Positions 1 through 13,214 of a stretch of 24,000 nucleotides of DNA are shown here, in pieces. The notes beneath the pieces were generated by a model that was not told the origin of the DNA, made no database searches, and saw only the letters and a program-made list of their open reading frames with translations. This DNA comes from Neisseria lactamica (lineage in GTDB: Bacteria; Pseudomonadota; Gammaproteobacteria; Burkholderiales; Neisseriaceae). The first letter of the stretch is position 1. Each line of letters opens with the position of its first letter. The position numbers and the translations under genes are program-made. The stretch covers positions 1,063,065 through 1,087,064 of the forward strand of contig NZ_LR590477.1 in NCBI RefSeq assembly GCF_901482445.1, in the 5' to 3' direction.

Positions 1-117
1 ATTAAACGGCAAAAAACCGAATCTGCCGGAAATTTTGCCGGCAATGCCGCCCCCTTTCAAAAACCATTGCCGGACAGCCATTTTTTCAAATTGGAAAATA
101 TAAAACAAATCAACGCT

Positions 118-145
118 TTCATTTCTCCGCAAAAAGGGTTATAAT
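118..145 (+). promoter_or_regulatory. putative sigma70 promoter of the rimP-nusA-infB operon
   Basis: Perfect -10 TATAAT at 140-145. Weak -35 TTCATT at 118-123 with a 16-nt spacer. About 70 nt upstream of the rimP ATG. Confidence 0.35.
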
Positions 146-169
146 CCCGAAAATTTTTCAATCCCAACG

Positions 170-196
170 AAAAATGGCCGCCCGGCCATTTTTTTA
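170..196 (+). terminator. leader hairpin plus T-run between the putative promoter and rimP (candidate attenuator)
   Basis: Stem ATGGCC (174-179), loop GCCC, stem GGCCAT (184-189). The stem is extended by an A-run/T-run and followed by T7. It lies 20 nt before the rimP SD AGGGAG. Confidence 0.5.
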
Positions 197-217
197 TTAT
201 GCACTTTAGGGAGCCGT

Positions 218-649
218 ATGGATATTCAGACCATCCTCGAAAAAACCCTGCCCGGCTTGGGCTACGAACTGGTCGATTTCGAACTGACCGCACAAGGGAC
301 GCTGCGCGTGTTCATCGATAAGGAAGGCGGCATTACCGTCGAAGACTGCGCCGCCGTCAGCAACCATTTGAGCCGCGTGTTTATGGTGGAAGACATCGAT
401 TATAAAAATCTGGAAATTTCCAGCCCCGGACTCGACCGGCCGCTGAAAAAAGCCGCCGACTTCGTGCGCTTTGCCGGCCAGAACGCCAAAATCAAAACAC
501 GCCTGCCGATAGACGGCCAGAAAAACTTTATCGGCAAAATCGAAGGCTGCGAAAACGACACTGTTACCGTTTCTTTCGACGGCAAAACCGTGCAAATCGG
601 GTTGGACAACATCGACAAAGCCCGCCTGCGCCCCAAATTCAAATTTTAA
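218..649 (+). CDS. rimP: ribosome maturation factor RimP
   Basis: 143-aa ORF with SD AGGGAG. Has the RimP-type [11 protein letters not shown] motif and sits directly upstream of nusA-infB. Confidence 0.93.
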   Translation: MDIQTILEKTLPGLGYELVDFELTAQGTLRVFIDKEGGITVEDCAAVSNHLSRVFMVEDIDYKNLEISSPGLDRPLKKAADFVRFAGQNAKIKTRLPIDGQKNFIGKIEGCENDTVTVSFDGKTVQIGLDNIDKARLRPKFKF

Positions 650-676
650 AACACAACAATATTGGAGATATTCAAA

Positions 677-2179
677 ATGAGCCGTGAAATGTTGCAACTG
701 GCAGAAGCGCTGGCAAGCGAAAAAAACGTTGATGCCGAAGTCGTCTTCCAAGCCTTGGAATTCGCACTCTCTACCGCCGCCAAGAAAAAGGCGGGGCGCG
801 AACATATGGACGTGCGCGTACAAATCGACCGCGACACCGGGGAATACCAAACCTTCCGCCGCTGGCTGATTGTCGCCGACGAAGACTATACCTATCCCGA
901 TGTCGAAAAAACCATCGAGGAAATCCAAGAAGAAATCCCCGGCACCGCCATCCAAATCGGCGAATACTACGAAGAGCAGCTGCCCAACGAAGGTTTCGGC
1001 CGACAAGCCGCGCAAACCGCCAAACAAATCATCCTGCAACGCATCCGCGATGCCGAACGCGAACAAAACCTGAACGAATTTCTCGCCACCCGGGAAGACA
1101 TCGTTGCCGGCACGGTCAAACGTGTCGAACGCCACGGCATCATCGTCGAAGTCGTCGCCGGCAAACTGGATGCGCTGATTCCGCGCGACCAGTCCATCCC
1201 CCGCGAAAACTTCCGCAGCGGCGACCGCATCCGCGCCCTCTTCCAACGCGTCGAAGAAATCGGCAACACGGGGCGCAAACAAGTCATCCTGAGCCGCACC
1301 TCCGCCGACTTTTTGGCAAAACTCTACGCCAACGAAGTGCCTGAGATTTCAGACGGCCTTTTGGAAATCCGCTCCGTCGCCCGCGACCCGGGCCAACGCG
1401 CCAAAGTCGCCGTCAAAGCCAACGACCAACGCATCGATCCGCAAGGCACCTGTATCGGCGTGCGCGGTTCGCGCGTCAACGCGGTCAGCAACGAATTGTC
1501 CGGCGAACGCATCGATGTCGTCCTCTGGTCGCCCGAACCCGCGCAATTCGTGATGAGCGCGCTTTCCCCCGCAGAAGTCAGCCGCATCGTGATCGACGAA
1601 GACAAACACGCCGTCGATGTCATCGTTGCCGAAGACCAGCTCGCGCTCGCCATCGGGCGCGGCGGTCAAAACGTGCGCCTCGCCTCCGATTTGACCGGCT
1701 GGCAGCTCAACATCATGACTTCCGCCGAGGCGGACGAACGCAATGCGGCAGAAGATGCCGCCATCCGCCGCCTGTTTATGGATCACTTGAACGTGGACGA
1801 AGAAACCGCCGACGTATTGGTGCAAGAAGGCTTTGCAACCCTGGAAGAAGTCGCCTACGTCCCCGCCGCCGAACTGCTTGCCATTGAAGGATTTGACGAA
1901 GAAATCGTCGATATGCTCCGCAACCGTGCCCGCGATGCCATCCTGACGATGGCGATTGCTGCCGAAGAAAAACTGGGCGAAGTATCCGACGATATGCGCA
2001 ACCTCGAAGGCGTGGATGCGGATATGCTCCGCAACCTTGCCGAAGCCGGCATAACCACACGCGACGACTTGGCGGAACTGTCCGTCGACGAGCTGATTGA
2101 AATTACCGGCATCGATGAAGAAACCGCCAAAGCCGTCATCCTGACCGCGCGCGAACACTGGTTTACCGAAGACAAATAA
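677..2179 (+). CDS. nusA: transcription termination/antitermination factor NusA
   Basis: The ORF track starts at TTG 662. I prefer ATG 677 (MSREMLQLAEALASEK), which has SD GGAGA 8 nt upstream. The protein has NusA S1/KH regions and a C-terminal acidic HhH repeat region. Confidence 0.95.
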   Translation: MSREMLQLAEALASEKNVDAEVVFQALEFALSTAAKKKAGREHMDVRVQIDRDTGEYQTFRRWLIVADEDYTYPDVEKTIEEIQEEIPGTAIQIGEYYEEQLPNEGFGRQAAQTAKQIILQRIRDAEREQNLNEFLATREDIVAGTVKRVERHGIIVEVVAGKLDALIPRDQSIPRENFRSGDRIRALFQRVEEIGNTGRKQVILSRTSADFLAKLYANEVPEISDGLLEIRSVARDPGQRAKVAVKANDQRIDPQGTCIGVRGSRVNAVSNELSGERIDVVLWSPEPAQFVMSALSPAEVSRIVIDEDKHAVDVIVAEDQLALAIGRGGQNVRLASDLTGWQLNIMTSAEADERNAAEDAAIRRLFMDHLNVDEETADVLVQEGFATLEEVAYVPAAELLAIEGFDEEIVDMLRNRARDAILTMAIAAEEKLGEVSDDMRNLEGVDADMLRNLAEAGITTRDDLAELSVDELIEITGIDEETAKAVILTAREHWFTEDK

Positions 2180-2191
2180 AAGGGGGTACAG

Positions 2192-5080
2192 ATGAATAAC
2201 ACAACCGTAGAACAATTTGCCGCCGAACTGAAACGCCCCGTCGAAGACCTGTTGAAACAATTAAAAGAAGCAGGTGTCAGCAAAACCGGCGGCGGCGATT
2301 CCCTGACGCTGGACGACAAACAGCTTCTAAACGCCTATCTGACCAAGAAAAACGGCAGCAACGGCGGTACCATCAGCATCCGCCGCACCAAAACCGAAGT
2401 CAGCACCGTTGACGGCGTAAAAGTCGAAACACGCAAACGCGGACGTACCGTCAACATTCCTTCTGCCGAAGAGCTGGCAGCGCAGGCAAAAGCCTCGCAA
2501 GTCCAAACATCTCCGGTCCGGACGGAAAAAATGACGGAAGATGCGGACAAAGCAGAAAGCGAATCTGCCGCACGCGCAGAAGCACGCGCCAAAGCGGAAG
2601 CCGAAGCGGCAAAACTGAAAGCGGCAAAAGCCGGCGGCAAAGCCAAGGCCGCCGCACAGAAACCCACCGAAGCAAAAGCCGAAACCGCACCCGTTGCGGC
2701 GGAAACCAAACCCGCCGAAGAAAGCAAAGCGGAAAAAGCCCAAGCCGACAAAATGCCGTCTGAAAAACCCGCCGAACCCAAAGAAAAAGCCGCCAAGCCG
2801 AAACACGAGCGAAACGGCAAAGGCAAAGATGCCAAAAAACCGGCGAAACCTGCCGCATCTGCCGCCCCGCAACCCGTGGTCAGCGCGGAAGAACAGGCGC
2901 AACGCGATGAAGAAGCACGCCGCGCCGCCGCACTTCGTGCCCACCAGGAAGCCCTGTTGAAAGAGAAACAGGAACGCCAGGCACGCCGCGAAGCCATGAA
3001 ACAACAGGCAGAACAACAGGCAAAAGCCGCACAGGAAGCCAAAACCGGCAGACAGCGTCCCGCCAAACCTGCCGAGAAACCGCAGGCAGCCGCTCCGGTC
3101 GTCGAAAATAAACCTGTCAATCCGGCAAAAGCGAAAAAAGAAGACCGCCGCAACCGCGATGACGAAGGTCAAGGCCGCAACGCCAAAGGCAAAGGCGGAA
3201 AAGGCGGACGCGACCGCAACAATGCCCGCAACGGCGACGACGAGCGCGTACGCAGCGGCAAAAAAGGCAAAAAACTCAAACTCGAGCCGAACCAGCACGC
3301 CTTCCAAGCACCGACCGAACCCGTCGTTCATGAAGTTTTGGTTCCCGAAACCATTACCGTTGCCGATTTGGCGCACAAAATGGCGGTCAAAGATGTGGAA
3401 GTGGTCAAAGCCCTGATGAAGATGGGTATGATGGTAACCATCAACCAATCCATCGACCAAGACACCGCCCTGATTGTGGTGGAAGAACTCGGACACATCG
3501 GCAAACCCGCCGCAGCGGACGACCCGGAAGCCTTCTTGGACGAGGGCGCGGAAGCAGTGGAAGCCGAGGCATTGCCGCGTCCGCCGGTGGTTACCGTGAT
3601 GGGCCACGTCGACCACGGTAAAACCTCGCTGCTGGACTACATCCGCCGCGCCAAAGTGGTACAGGGCGAAGCAGGCGGCATTACGCAGCACATCGGCGCG
3701 TACCACGTCAAAACGCCGCGCGGCGTGATTACTTTCTTGGATACCCCGGGCCACGAAGCCTTTACCGCTATGCGCGCACGCGGTGCGAAAGCAACCGACA
3801 TCGTGATTCTCGTGGTTGCCGCCGACGACGGCGTGATGCCGCAAACCATCGAAGCGATTGCCCACGCCAAAGCGGCAGGCGTTCCGATTGTGGTTGCCGT
3901 CAACAAAATCGACAAAGATGCCGCCAACCCCGAACGTATCCGCCAAGAGCTGACCCAGCACGAAGTTATCCCCGACGATTGGGGCGGCACGGTGCAGTTT
4001 ATCGACGTTTCCGCCAAAAAAGGGACGAACATCGACGTGCTGCTCGAAGCCGTATTGCTCGAAGCCGAAGTATTGGAACTGACCGCACCTGTCGATACAC
4101 CTGCCAAAGGTATCATCGTTGAGGCGCGCTTAGACAAAGGGCGCGGCGCGGTTGCCACATTGCTGGTTCAAAGCGGCACGCTGAAAAAAGGCGATATGCT
4201 GCTGGCCGGTACGGCATTCGGCAAAATCCGCGCGATGGTCGATGAAAACGGCAAATCCATTACCGAAGCCGGGCCGTCCATCCCGGTCGAAATCCTCGGC
4301 TTGTCCGACGTTCCGAACGCGGGCGAAGACGCGATGGTGTTGGCGGACGAGAAAAAAGCGCGCGAAATCGCCCTCTTCCGCCAAGGCAAATACCGTGACG
4401 TGCGCCTTGCCAAACAGCAGGCGGCAAAGCTGGAAAATATGTTCAACAATATGGGCGAAACCCAGGCCCAATCTTTGTCGGTCATCATCAAGGCAGACGT
4501 GCAAGGTTCTTACGAGGCTTTGGCGGGCAGCCTGAAAAAACTGTCCACAGACGAAGTGAAAGTGAACGTGTTGCACAGCGGCGTGGGCGGCATTACCGAA
4601 TCGGATGTCAACCTCGCCATCGCGTCCGGCGCGTTCATCATCGGCTTTAACGTGCGTGCGGACGCTTCTTCGCGCAAACTTGCCGAAAATGAAAACGTGG
4701 AAATCCGTTACTACAACATCATCTATGATGCCATCGACGACGTGAAGGCGGCGATGGGCGGTATGCTCTCTCCGGAAGAGAAAGAACAGGTTACCGGCAC
4801 GGTCGAAATCCGTCAGGTCATCTCCGTTTCCAAAGTCGGCAACATTGCAGGCTGTATGGTTACCGACGGCGTGGTCAAACGCGATTCCCATATCCGCCTC
4901 ATCCGCAACAACGTGGTCATCCATACCGGCGAGTTGTCGTCTTTGAAACGCTACAAAGACGATGTTAAAGAAGTCCGTATGGGCTTTGAGTGCGGTCTGA
5001 TGATTAAAGGCTTCAATGAAATTATGGAAGGCGACCAACTGGAATGCTTCGACATCGTCGAAGTGGCACGCACCCTGTGA
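2192..5080 (+). CDS. infB: translation initiation factor IF-2
   Basis: 962 aa with SD AGGGGG. The N-terminal part is Lys/Ala/Glu-rich and low in complexity. G-domain motifs are [20 protein letters not shown] and NKIDK. Confidence 0.97.
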   Translation: MNNTTVEQFAAELKRPVEDLLKQLKEAGVSKTGGGDSLTLDDKQLLNAYLTKKNGSNGGTISIRRTKTEVSTVDGVKVETRKRGRTVNIPSAEELAAQAKASQVQTSPVRTEKMTEDADKAESESAARAEARAKAEAEAAKLKAAKAGGKAKAAAQKPTEAKAETAPVAAETKPAEESKAEKAQADKMPSEKPAEPKEKAAKPKHERNGKGKDAKKPAKPAASAAPQPVVSAEEQAQRDEEARRAAALRAHQEALLKEKQERQARREAMKQQAEQQAKAAQEAKTGRQRPAKPAEKPQAAAPVVENKPVNPAKAKKEDRRNRDDEGQGRNAKGKGGKGGRDRNNARNGDDERVRSGKKGKKLKLEPNQHAFQAPTEPVVHEVLVPETITVADLAHKMAVKDVEVVKALMKMGMMVTINQSIDQDTALIVVEELGHIGKPAAADDPEAFLDEGAEAVEAEALPRPPVVTVMGHVDHGKTSLLDYIRRAKVVQGEAGGITQHIGAYHVKTPRGVITFLDTPGHEAFTAMRARGAKATDIVILVVAADDGVMPQTIEAIAHAKAAGVPIVVAVNKIDKDAANPERIRQELTQHEVIPDDWGGTVQFIDVSAKKGTNIDVLLEAVLLEAEVLELTAPVDTPAKGIIVEARLDKGRGAVATLLVQSGTLKKGDMLLAGTAFGKIRAMVDENGKSITEAGPSIPVEILGLSDVPNAGEDAMVLADEKKAREIALFRQGKYRDVRLAKQQAAKLENMFNNMGETQAQSLSVIIKADVQGSYEALAGSLKKLSTDEVKVNVLHSGVGGITESDVNLAIASGAFIIGFNVRADASSRKLAENENVEIRYYNIIYDAIDDVKAAMGGMLSPEEKEQVTGTVEIRQVISVSKVGNIAGCMVTDGVVKRDSHIRLIRNNVVIHTGELSSLKRYKDDVKEVRMGFECGLMIKGFNEIMEGDQLECFDIVEVARTL
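2753..2764 (+). repeat. 12-mer DNA uptake sequence (ATGCCGTCTGAA) inside infB
   Basis: Exact 12-mer, read in frame as MPSE in the low-complexity N-terminal region of IF-2. Confidence 0.9.
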
Positions 5081-5095
5081 TTTTGATGCGGAAAA

Positions 5096-5122
5096 ATGCC
5101 GTCTGAAGCCTTCAGACGGCAT
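5096..5122. terminator. inverted DUS pair hairpin downstream of infB
   Basis: ATGCCGTCTGAA (5096-5107), GCC, TTCAGACGGCAT (5111-5122). This is a perfect 12-bp stem 16 nt after the infB stop. Confidence 0.7.
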
Positions 5123-5125
5123 CAG

Positions 5126-5161
5126 AAAACGGGTTCTGTATGTTGCAGAACCCGTTTTTTT
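5126..5161. terminator. bidirectional rho-independent terminator between convergent infB and the GTPase gene
   Basis: Stem CGGGTTCTG (5130-5138) pairs with CAGAACCCG (5146-5154) around a 7-nt loop. An A-run lies upstream and T7 downstream. Confidence 0.75.
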
Positions 5162-5219
5162 ACCGCCGTCCGCAGCACCCCATCCCGATTGCACGCCCGC
5201 CCGGCTGCCGCAAACCGGC

Positions 5220-5231
5220 TTCAGACGGCAT
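5220..5231 (-). repeat. 12-mer DUS (minus orientation) abutting the GTPase gene stop codon
   Basis: Exact TTCAGACGGCAT on the + strand. Confidence 0.9.
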
Positions 5232-6571
5232 TATTTGCCCGCCAAGCGTATCCCGAGCTTCTCCGCATATTCCCTGCGTTCGGCGCGGCCGGTTTCGGGG
5301 CGGTGCGTATTGAGGGACGACCATTTCCACCTGCTGCGGGCTTTGTGGAGTTCGGGCGGGAGTTTGTCCGGCATCCAAGGGGCTTTAAGGCTGTGCAACC
5401 CGACTTGCGATTGTGCCGCGTGTCCGCGCGTTTGCAGGACGTGGAGCAAACCGAGGGCGCGGGCGGCGAGCAGGGTCAGGGTTTCGGGATCGGTGTGTAA
5501 GGTTTGGCGGCCGGTAAGTTTGTCGGAAATGGTGCGGGTATTGGGCAGGATGCCGCCCAAAAAGCCGCCGATTGCCGTCCCCAAGCCGAGCGAGCCGCCG
5601 AACGTGGCGATGTCCAGCCCCAAGCCGATGAGTGCGCCGGTTGCCGCGCCCGTGCCGGTGCGGATGCCGTATTGTTTGAGCAATTCGCTGTCGAACGGGT
5701 CTTGACGGAAGGCTTGCGGCATCCAGTCGCCGCCGTCGATTTCGCTGTGATAGAAACGGTAGAGGGCAAACAGCCGCTGCTGCATCTGCCGTTCGAGTTG
5801 GCGTATTTCCGCCTGCATGGTTTGCAACACGGTGGCGGTATCCTCGTTTTCGTCCACTTCCTGCCTGAAGGCGGCAGCATCAATTAAAAAGTCGGCGATT
5901 TCGTGCCGCGCTTCTTTGTCCAAACGCGTCCATTCGCGGCGGCGGGCGGCGGTCAGGCGGTCGATGATGCCTTGTTGCGGCAACATAGTGGCGAGTTTGT
6001 TCCATAAATCCAATTCGCCTTCAAAATCAAAGGCGACAGTGTCGAACCCTGCGAAAACGTGCAGGTTTCTCCGCGCCAGCATAGCCGTCCACGCTTCGGG
6101 AAGCTGTCCGCCGGTAAAGTTGAACACGGGCATAACCGGTTTGGCACACCATGAAAGGATGGTCAATTCATCCCGATATTTGTCGAGAACGGGTTCGCGC
6201 GCGTCGATGACATACATTGCCATATCGCTTTGCAAGACTTGCCGTAAGACTTTGGCTTCCTGATTGAAGTCATGGTGTGCGCCGTGGCTGCCGAGAAACT
6301 GTTGCAGCCGCTCGATGCCGTCTGAACGCGTATCCGTATGGGTTTCCAGCCATTCTAAAACACCGCCCGCGTCTTCGAGTCCGGGCGTATCGTACAGGTA
6401 CAGCAGCGTGTCGACACCGTCAGTAATCGCGGCTTCTTCAACATGGCGCGTGGTGGATGGGGCGTTTTTGACTTCGCCGAAGCCGCTGTCGCGCAACAGG
6501 GTGCGCAGGAGCGAGGTTTTGCCGGTGTTGGTGTGCCCCACGACGGCGAGGGAAAGGGGTTGTTTGTCCAT
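5231..6571 (-). CDS. P-loop GTPase with a C-terminal glycine-zipper membrane segment (GTPase/DUF3482-type)
   Basis: 446 aa. N-terminal G1 motif VVGHTNTGKTSLL and G3 motif DTPGLED, then a mid-region with coiled-coil-like composition. C-terminal hydrophobic Gly-rich stretch GTGAATGALIGLGLDIATFGGSLGLGTAIGGFLGGILP. No clear SD before the ATG. Confidence 0.85.
   Translation of the reverse strand: MDKQPLSLAVVGHTNTGKTSLLRTLLRDSGFGEVKNAPSTTRHVEEAAITDGVDTLLYLYDTPGLEDAGGVLEWLETHTDTRSDGIERLQQFLGSHGAHHDFNQEAKVLRQVLQSDMAMYVIDAREPVLDKYRDELTILSWCAKPVMPVFNFTGGQLPEAWTAMLARRNLHVFAGFDTVAFDFEGELDLWNKLATMLPQQGIIDRLTAARRREWTRLDKEARHEIADFLIDAAAFRQEVDENEDTATVLQTMQAEIRQLERQMQQRLFALYRFYHSEIDGGDWMPQAFRQDPFDSELLKQYGIRTGTGAATGALIGLGLDIATFGGSLGLGTAIGGFLGGILPNTRTISDKLTGRQTLHTDPETLTLLAARALGLLHVLQTRGHAAQSQVGLHSLKAPWMPDKLPPELHKARSRWKWSSLNTHRPETGRAERREYAEKLGIRLAGK
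6315..6326 (+). repeat. 12-mer DUS inside the GTPase gene (antisense to the CDS)
   Basis: Exact ATGCCGTCTGAA. Confidence 0.9.
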
Positions 6572-6754
6572 AATATTTTTTTGCTGTGCTTGAATACTCG
6601 CTCAATTCCGTCCGTTTACAAGGGAAAAGCCGCTTATTTCCATTCGGGCGGAAATTGATAGCATTGAATATACATGAAAAAACTGAATGTATGGGCATGG
6701 GCAATAAGTTGTATACCTACCTTGCTTGCTACGGCTGACACAAGCTACGATAAT

Positions 6755-6994
6755 TTACCAATCAGTTTCACCACGCTCGCGCATCAAATGTTCCACAATA
6801 GATAAGTGATGCCCTAAATTAAATAAATCTGCGTAAGTGTATTTTGAAACTTGAATTGTACAAAAAATAGCTTCGTCATAATCTATTTTAATTACTTCAA
6901 AATCAGTATTGAATGCTTGATTATGTTTTCCTATCGTTTCTAATAGAATATTCTCATCCATAACCATCACTTCAAATATTAATATACTTGTCAT
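6755..6994 (-). CDS. hypothetical small protein (79 aa, or about 68 aa from an internal Met) in an AT-rich islet
   Basis: It is the only ORF in the 592-bp gap between the DUF2868 and GTPase genes and is on their strand. Its codon usage is AT-rich, unlike the flanks, and its SD is weak (GGGACTAGGTA-ATG). I do not recognise a family. Confidence 0.3.
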   Translation of the reverse strand: MTSILIFEVMVMDENILLETIGKHNQAFNTDFEVIKIDYDEAIFCTIQVSKYTYADLFNLGHHLSIVEHLMRERGETDW

Positions 6995-7163
6995 TACCTA
7001 GTCCCATTAATTAAGATCAATTGAATATTCGGGAACATACGTCTAAATTGTTTGTATTACAAAGGTATTTTGTCAGACTAATCAAGGTTGCATCAACGGA
7101 ATGCCTGTTTTTAAAAAAACAGATTTTCAAACGGTTTTTCAGAATGGCGGCCTGGCAGGCGCG

Positions 7164-8513
7164 TCAGGTATGTTTGCCGGCTTTCAGACGGCCTTCCTGC
7201 GCCGCCCTGTCGGGTTCCAGCCACGCCGCGCCGCACCCTGACAGCGCACTGCGCCAATGTTCCAATGTCTCCGACAGGCCGTCTGAAAGCCCCTGTTCCG
7301 CCAAAAGCTGCACCACCGCCCCGCCCTGCGCCGCTTCCGAAAGCCGGACAATCTGCCGCAACACGCCCCGGTCCGGCACGGTTTGGGCGCGCACGCCGAT
7401 GAGCAGTTGCGCCGGTTTCTGCTTCAGCTCCGCCTCCAGCGCGGCAACTTCTTCACGATTCGCCGCCACGCCCTTATCCAGCCAATCCTGCGCCAGCCTG
7501 CCTTCAAACCACGTCCCTTCGTGCCACCCGGTTTCCAGCATCACCGCCCACTTGGGCGCGTCGTTTAAGATAATTTTCGGAGAAACGGCGGACACGGTTT
7601 CCTGATGCGTATCCGCATCGGTAATTTTGTTCTGCCAGCGGCGGATGACCGCCTGATAATAAGGCTTCTCCCAATCCGGACTGCTTCGGCTTGTTTTTAA
7701 AAAGATTTTGCACAGCGACCAAGCCAGCAGGCGCGGCAGGATGCCGTAGCAGGCAATGCTGCCGACCAACAAACCCGACCACGCGCGCGCATCGGCGATG
7801 TTGCCGTTCAGACGGCCTTCGACCACCGCCCGCGCGTCCGGTGCGGGAAAACCGAGTTTCGACGGCAGCCACGCCAGCATTTCCACCGCGCGTACCGAAG
7901 CGGCATTGCTCAACAGCGTGCTTTCCCAGTTGAAGGTATATTGGCGCACCAAAAGCAGCAGCAATACCGACACCAGCATCCCGCCCAATGTGCAAAGCCA
8001 CAAACTGTGCGAAGCCGCACCGGCAATCCAACGCGCCGAAGGCTGCCGCCATTCGTCCGCATACAGCCGGAACACCGCCTGATTGACGGGATCTTTACCC
8101 CGAAACCACGTCGCCGGACTGCTGAAAAACCGCCCCACTTTCACGCGCAGGAACAGCGTTGCCAGCCATACCGCCAACATCAGCGTATTCATACCCAATA
8201 CGCCCGCCAAAATCAGGAAGAAATTCAGCCCTTGGCTGTCCATCAAAAGATACACACCTGAAAAACCGGTAAAAAACATAAACGTTGCCGCCGCCACCCA
8301 CAACCAAAACGAACCGGCGCGAACATTTTCCAAAGTGTTCCGCAACATATGATCCCGATCGACCATCTCGGCACGGCGTACCATTTTCCCGCCGATACCG
8401 CCTTCCACACGGCTCAAGGCTTCCGTCGCCTGCACAGGATCGCCGCTGAAAATATAGCCGCCCTCTTCCAAAATGCGGACCAATTCAACCAGTTTTTGGG
8501 AAGGATTCAACAT
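7164..8513 (-). CDS. polytopic inner-membrane protein, DUF2868-type
   Basis: 449 aa. About 60 soluble N-terminal residues are followed by 4-5 hydrophobic segments (FWLWVAAATFMFFTGFSGVYLLM, LNFFLILAGVLGMNTLMLAVWLATLFL, LWLCTLGGMLVSVLLLLLV, LLVGSIACYGILPRLLAW). The C-terminal domain of about 190 aa is soluble. The gene lies upstream of and co-oriented with the GTPase gene. Confidence 0.8.
   Translation of the reverse strand: MLNPSQKLVELVRILEEGGYIFSGDPVQATEALSRVEGGIGGKMVRRAEMVDRDHMLRNTLENVRAGSFWLWVAAATFMFFTGFSGVYLLMDSQGLNFFLILAGVLGMNTLMLAVWLATLFLRVKVGRFFSSPATWFRGKDPVNQAVFRLYADEWRQPSARWIAGAASHSLWLCTLGGMLVSVLLLLLVRQYTFNWESTLLSNAASVRAVEMLAWLPSKLGFPAPDARAVVEGRLNGNIADARAWSGLLVGSIACYGILPRLLAWSLCKIFLKTSRSSPDWEKPYYQAVIRRWQNKITDADTHQETVSAVSPKIILNDAPKWAVMLETGWHEGTWFEGRLAQDWLDKGVAANREEVAALEAELKQKPAQLLIGVRAQTVPDRGVLRQIVRLSEAAQGGAVVQLLAEQGLSDGLSETLEHWRSALSGCGAAWLEPDRAAQEGRLKAGKHT
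7183..7192 (-). repeat. 10-mer DUS inside the DUF2868 gene
   Basis: Exact TTCAGACGGC on the + strand. Confidence 0.85.
7278..7287 (+). repeat. 10-mer DUS inside the DUF2868 gene
   Basis: Exact GCCGTCTGAA. Confidence 0.85.
7807..7816 (-). repeat. 10-mer DUS inside the DUF2868 gene
   Basis: Exact TTCAGACGGC on the + strand. Confidence 0.85.
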
Positions 8514-8516
8514 AAA

Positions 8517-8528
8517 ATGCCGTCTGAA
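8517..8528 (+). repeat. 12-mer DUS immediately upstream of the DUF2868 start codon
   Basis: Exact ATGCCGTCTGAA, 4 nt beyond the start codon complement. Confidence 0.9.
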
Positions 8529-8852
8529 AATAAAAAACGGATTTTAACACACCCATTTTCAGGCAGATGCCGCGCAAAGCCCGCACCCCGGAAGATTTTA
8601 CGATAACGCCGTCCCCTCCGCCCCGACGGCAGGAACGGCTTGACAGGCGGCGGGCGGAATACCGCGCTGCCGAAATATATAAACTTTACAACGATAAAAT
8701 AAGCCCCTTCCAACTTGCTTGCCTTAAGATTATTTTCCGTATCGAGAAAACACTAAAAATTTTCAAAATATTTCCCCGAATCAAACAAACCGCGCGAAAA
8801 TACTTTTTGTATAAAAATTTCAATATATAAATAAACAGTTATCTGAGGCCAT

Positions 8853-8882
8853 AAAAAACCGCCTTTATTACAGGCGGTTTTT
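8853..8882 (-). terminator. rho-independent terminator downstream of lacZ
   Basis: Stem CCGCCT (8859-8864) pairs with AGGCGG (8872-8877), flanked by A6 and T5. It lies 20 nt beyond the lacZ stop, and a T-run follows the stem on the minus strand. Confidence 0.7.
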
Positions 8883-8902
8883 GCTGCGGTTAGCATATAT
8901 CC

Positions 8903-13214
<4,312 letters not shown>

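Noticed and set aside
24-43. Hairpin TGCCGG-N8-CCGGCA at the window start.
   Set aside because: The stem is short, there is no T-run, and the context upstream of the window is unknown.
2500-3290. Repetitive Lys/Ala/Glu/Pro-rich coding stretch in infB as a possible tandem-repeat or phase-variable tract.
   Set aside because: I saw no exact nucleotide tandem repeat or homopolymer run. This is the usual low-complexity N-terminal region of IF-2, and the reading frame is intact.
206-5194. Long minus-strand ORFs antisense to rimP, nusA and infB (206-1282, 1349-2260, 2327-3961, 4130-5194).
   Set aside because: These are shadow ORFs opposite strongly supported GC-rich genes. Their translations are low-complexity (F/G/A/R-rich), lack recognisable motifs and have no SD.
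5016-5705. Plus-strand ORFs 5016-5705 and 5096-5500, and similarly 13609-13809, several beginning or containing MPSE.
   Set aside because: MPSE is simply the translation of the DUS ATGCCGTCTGAA. The ORFs run through terminator hairpins and antisense to the GTPase or symporter genes.
7021-8606. Plus-strand ORFs antisense to the DUF2868 gene (7021-7605, 7691-7933, 7756-8082, 7941-8261, 8083-8352, 8349-8606) and the nested minus-strand ORF 7504-8052.
   Set aside because: They overlap a coherent 449-aa membrane protein ORF. Their sequences are Arg/Pro/Ser-rich, which is typical of off-frame GC-rich translation.
8567-8830. 87-aa + strand ORF in the spacer between the DUF2868 gene and lacZ.
   Set aside because: It spans the GC-rich to AT-rich transition, has no SD, and its composition switches from R/P-rich to K/I/F-rich, mirroring the DNA composition rather than a protein. 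It is more likely a promoter or junction region.
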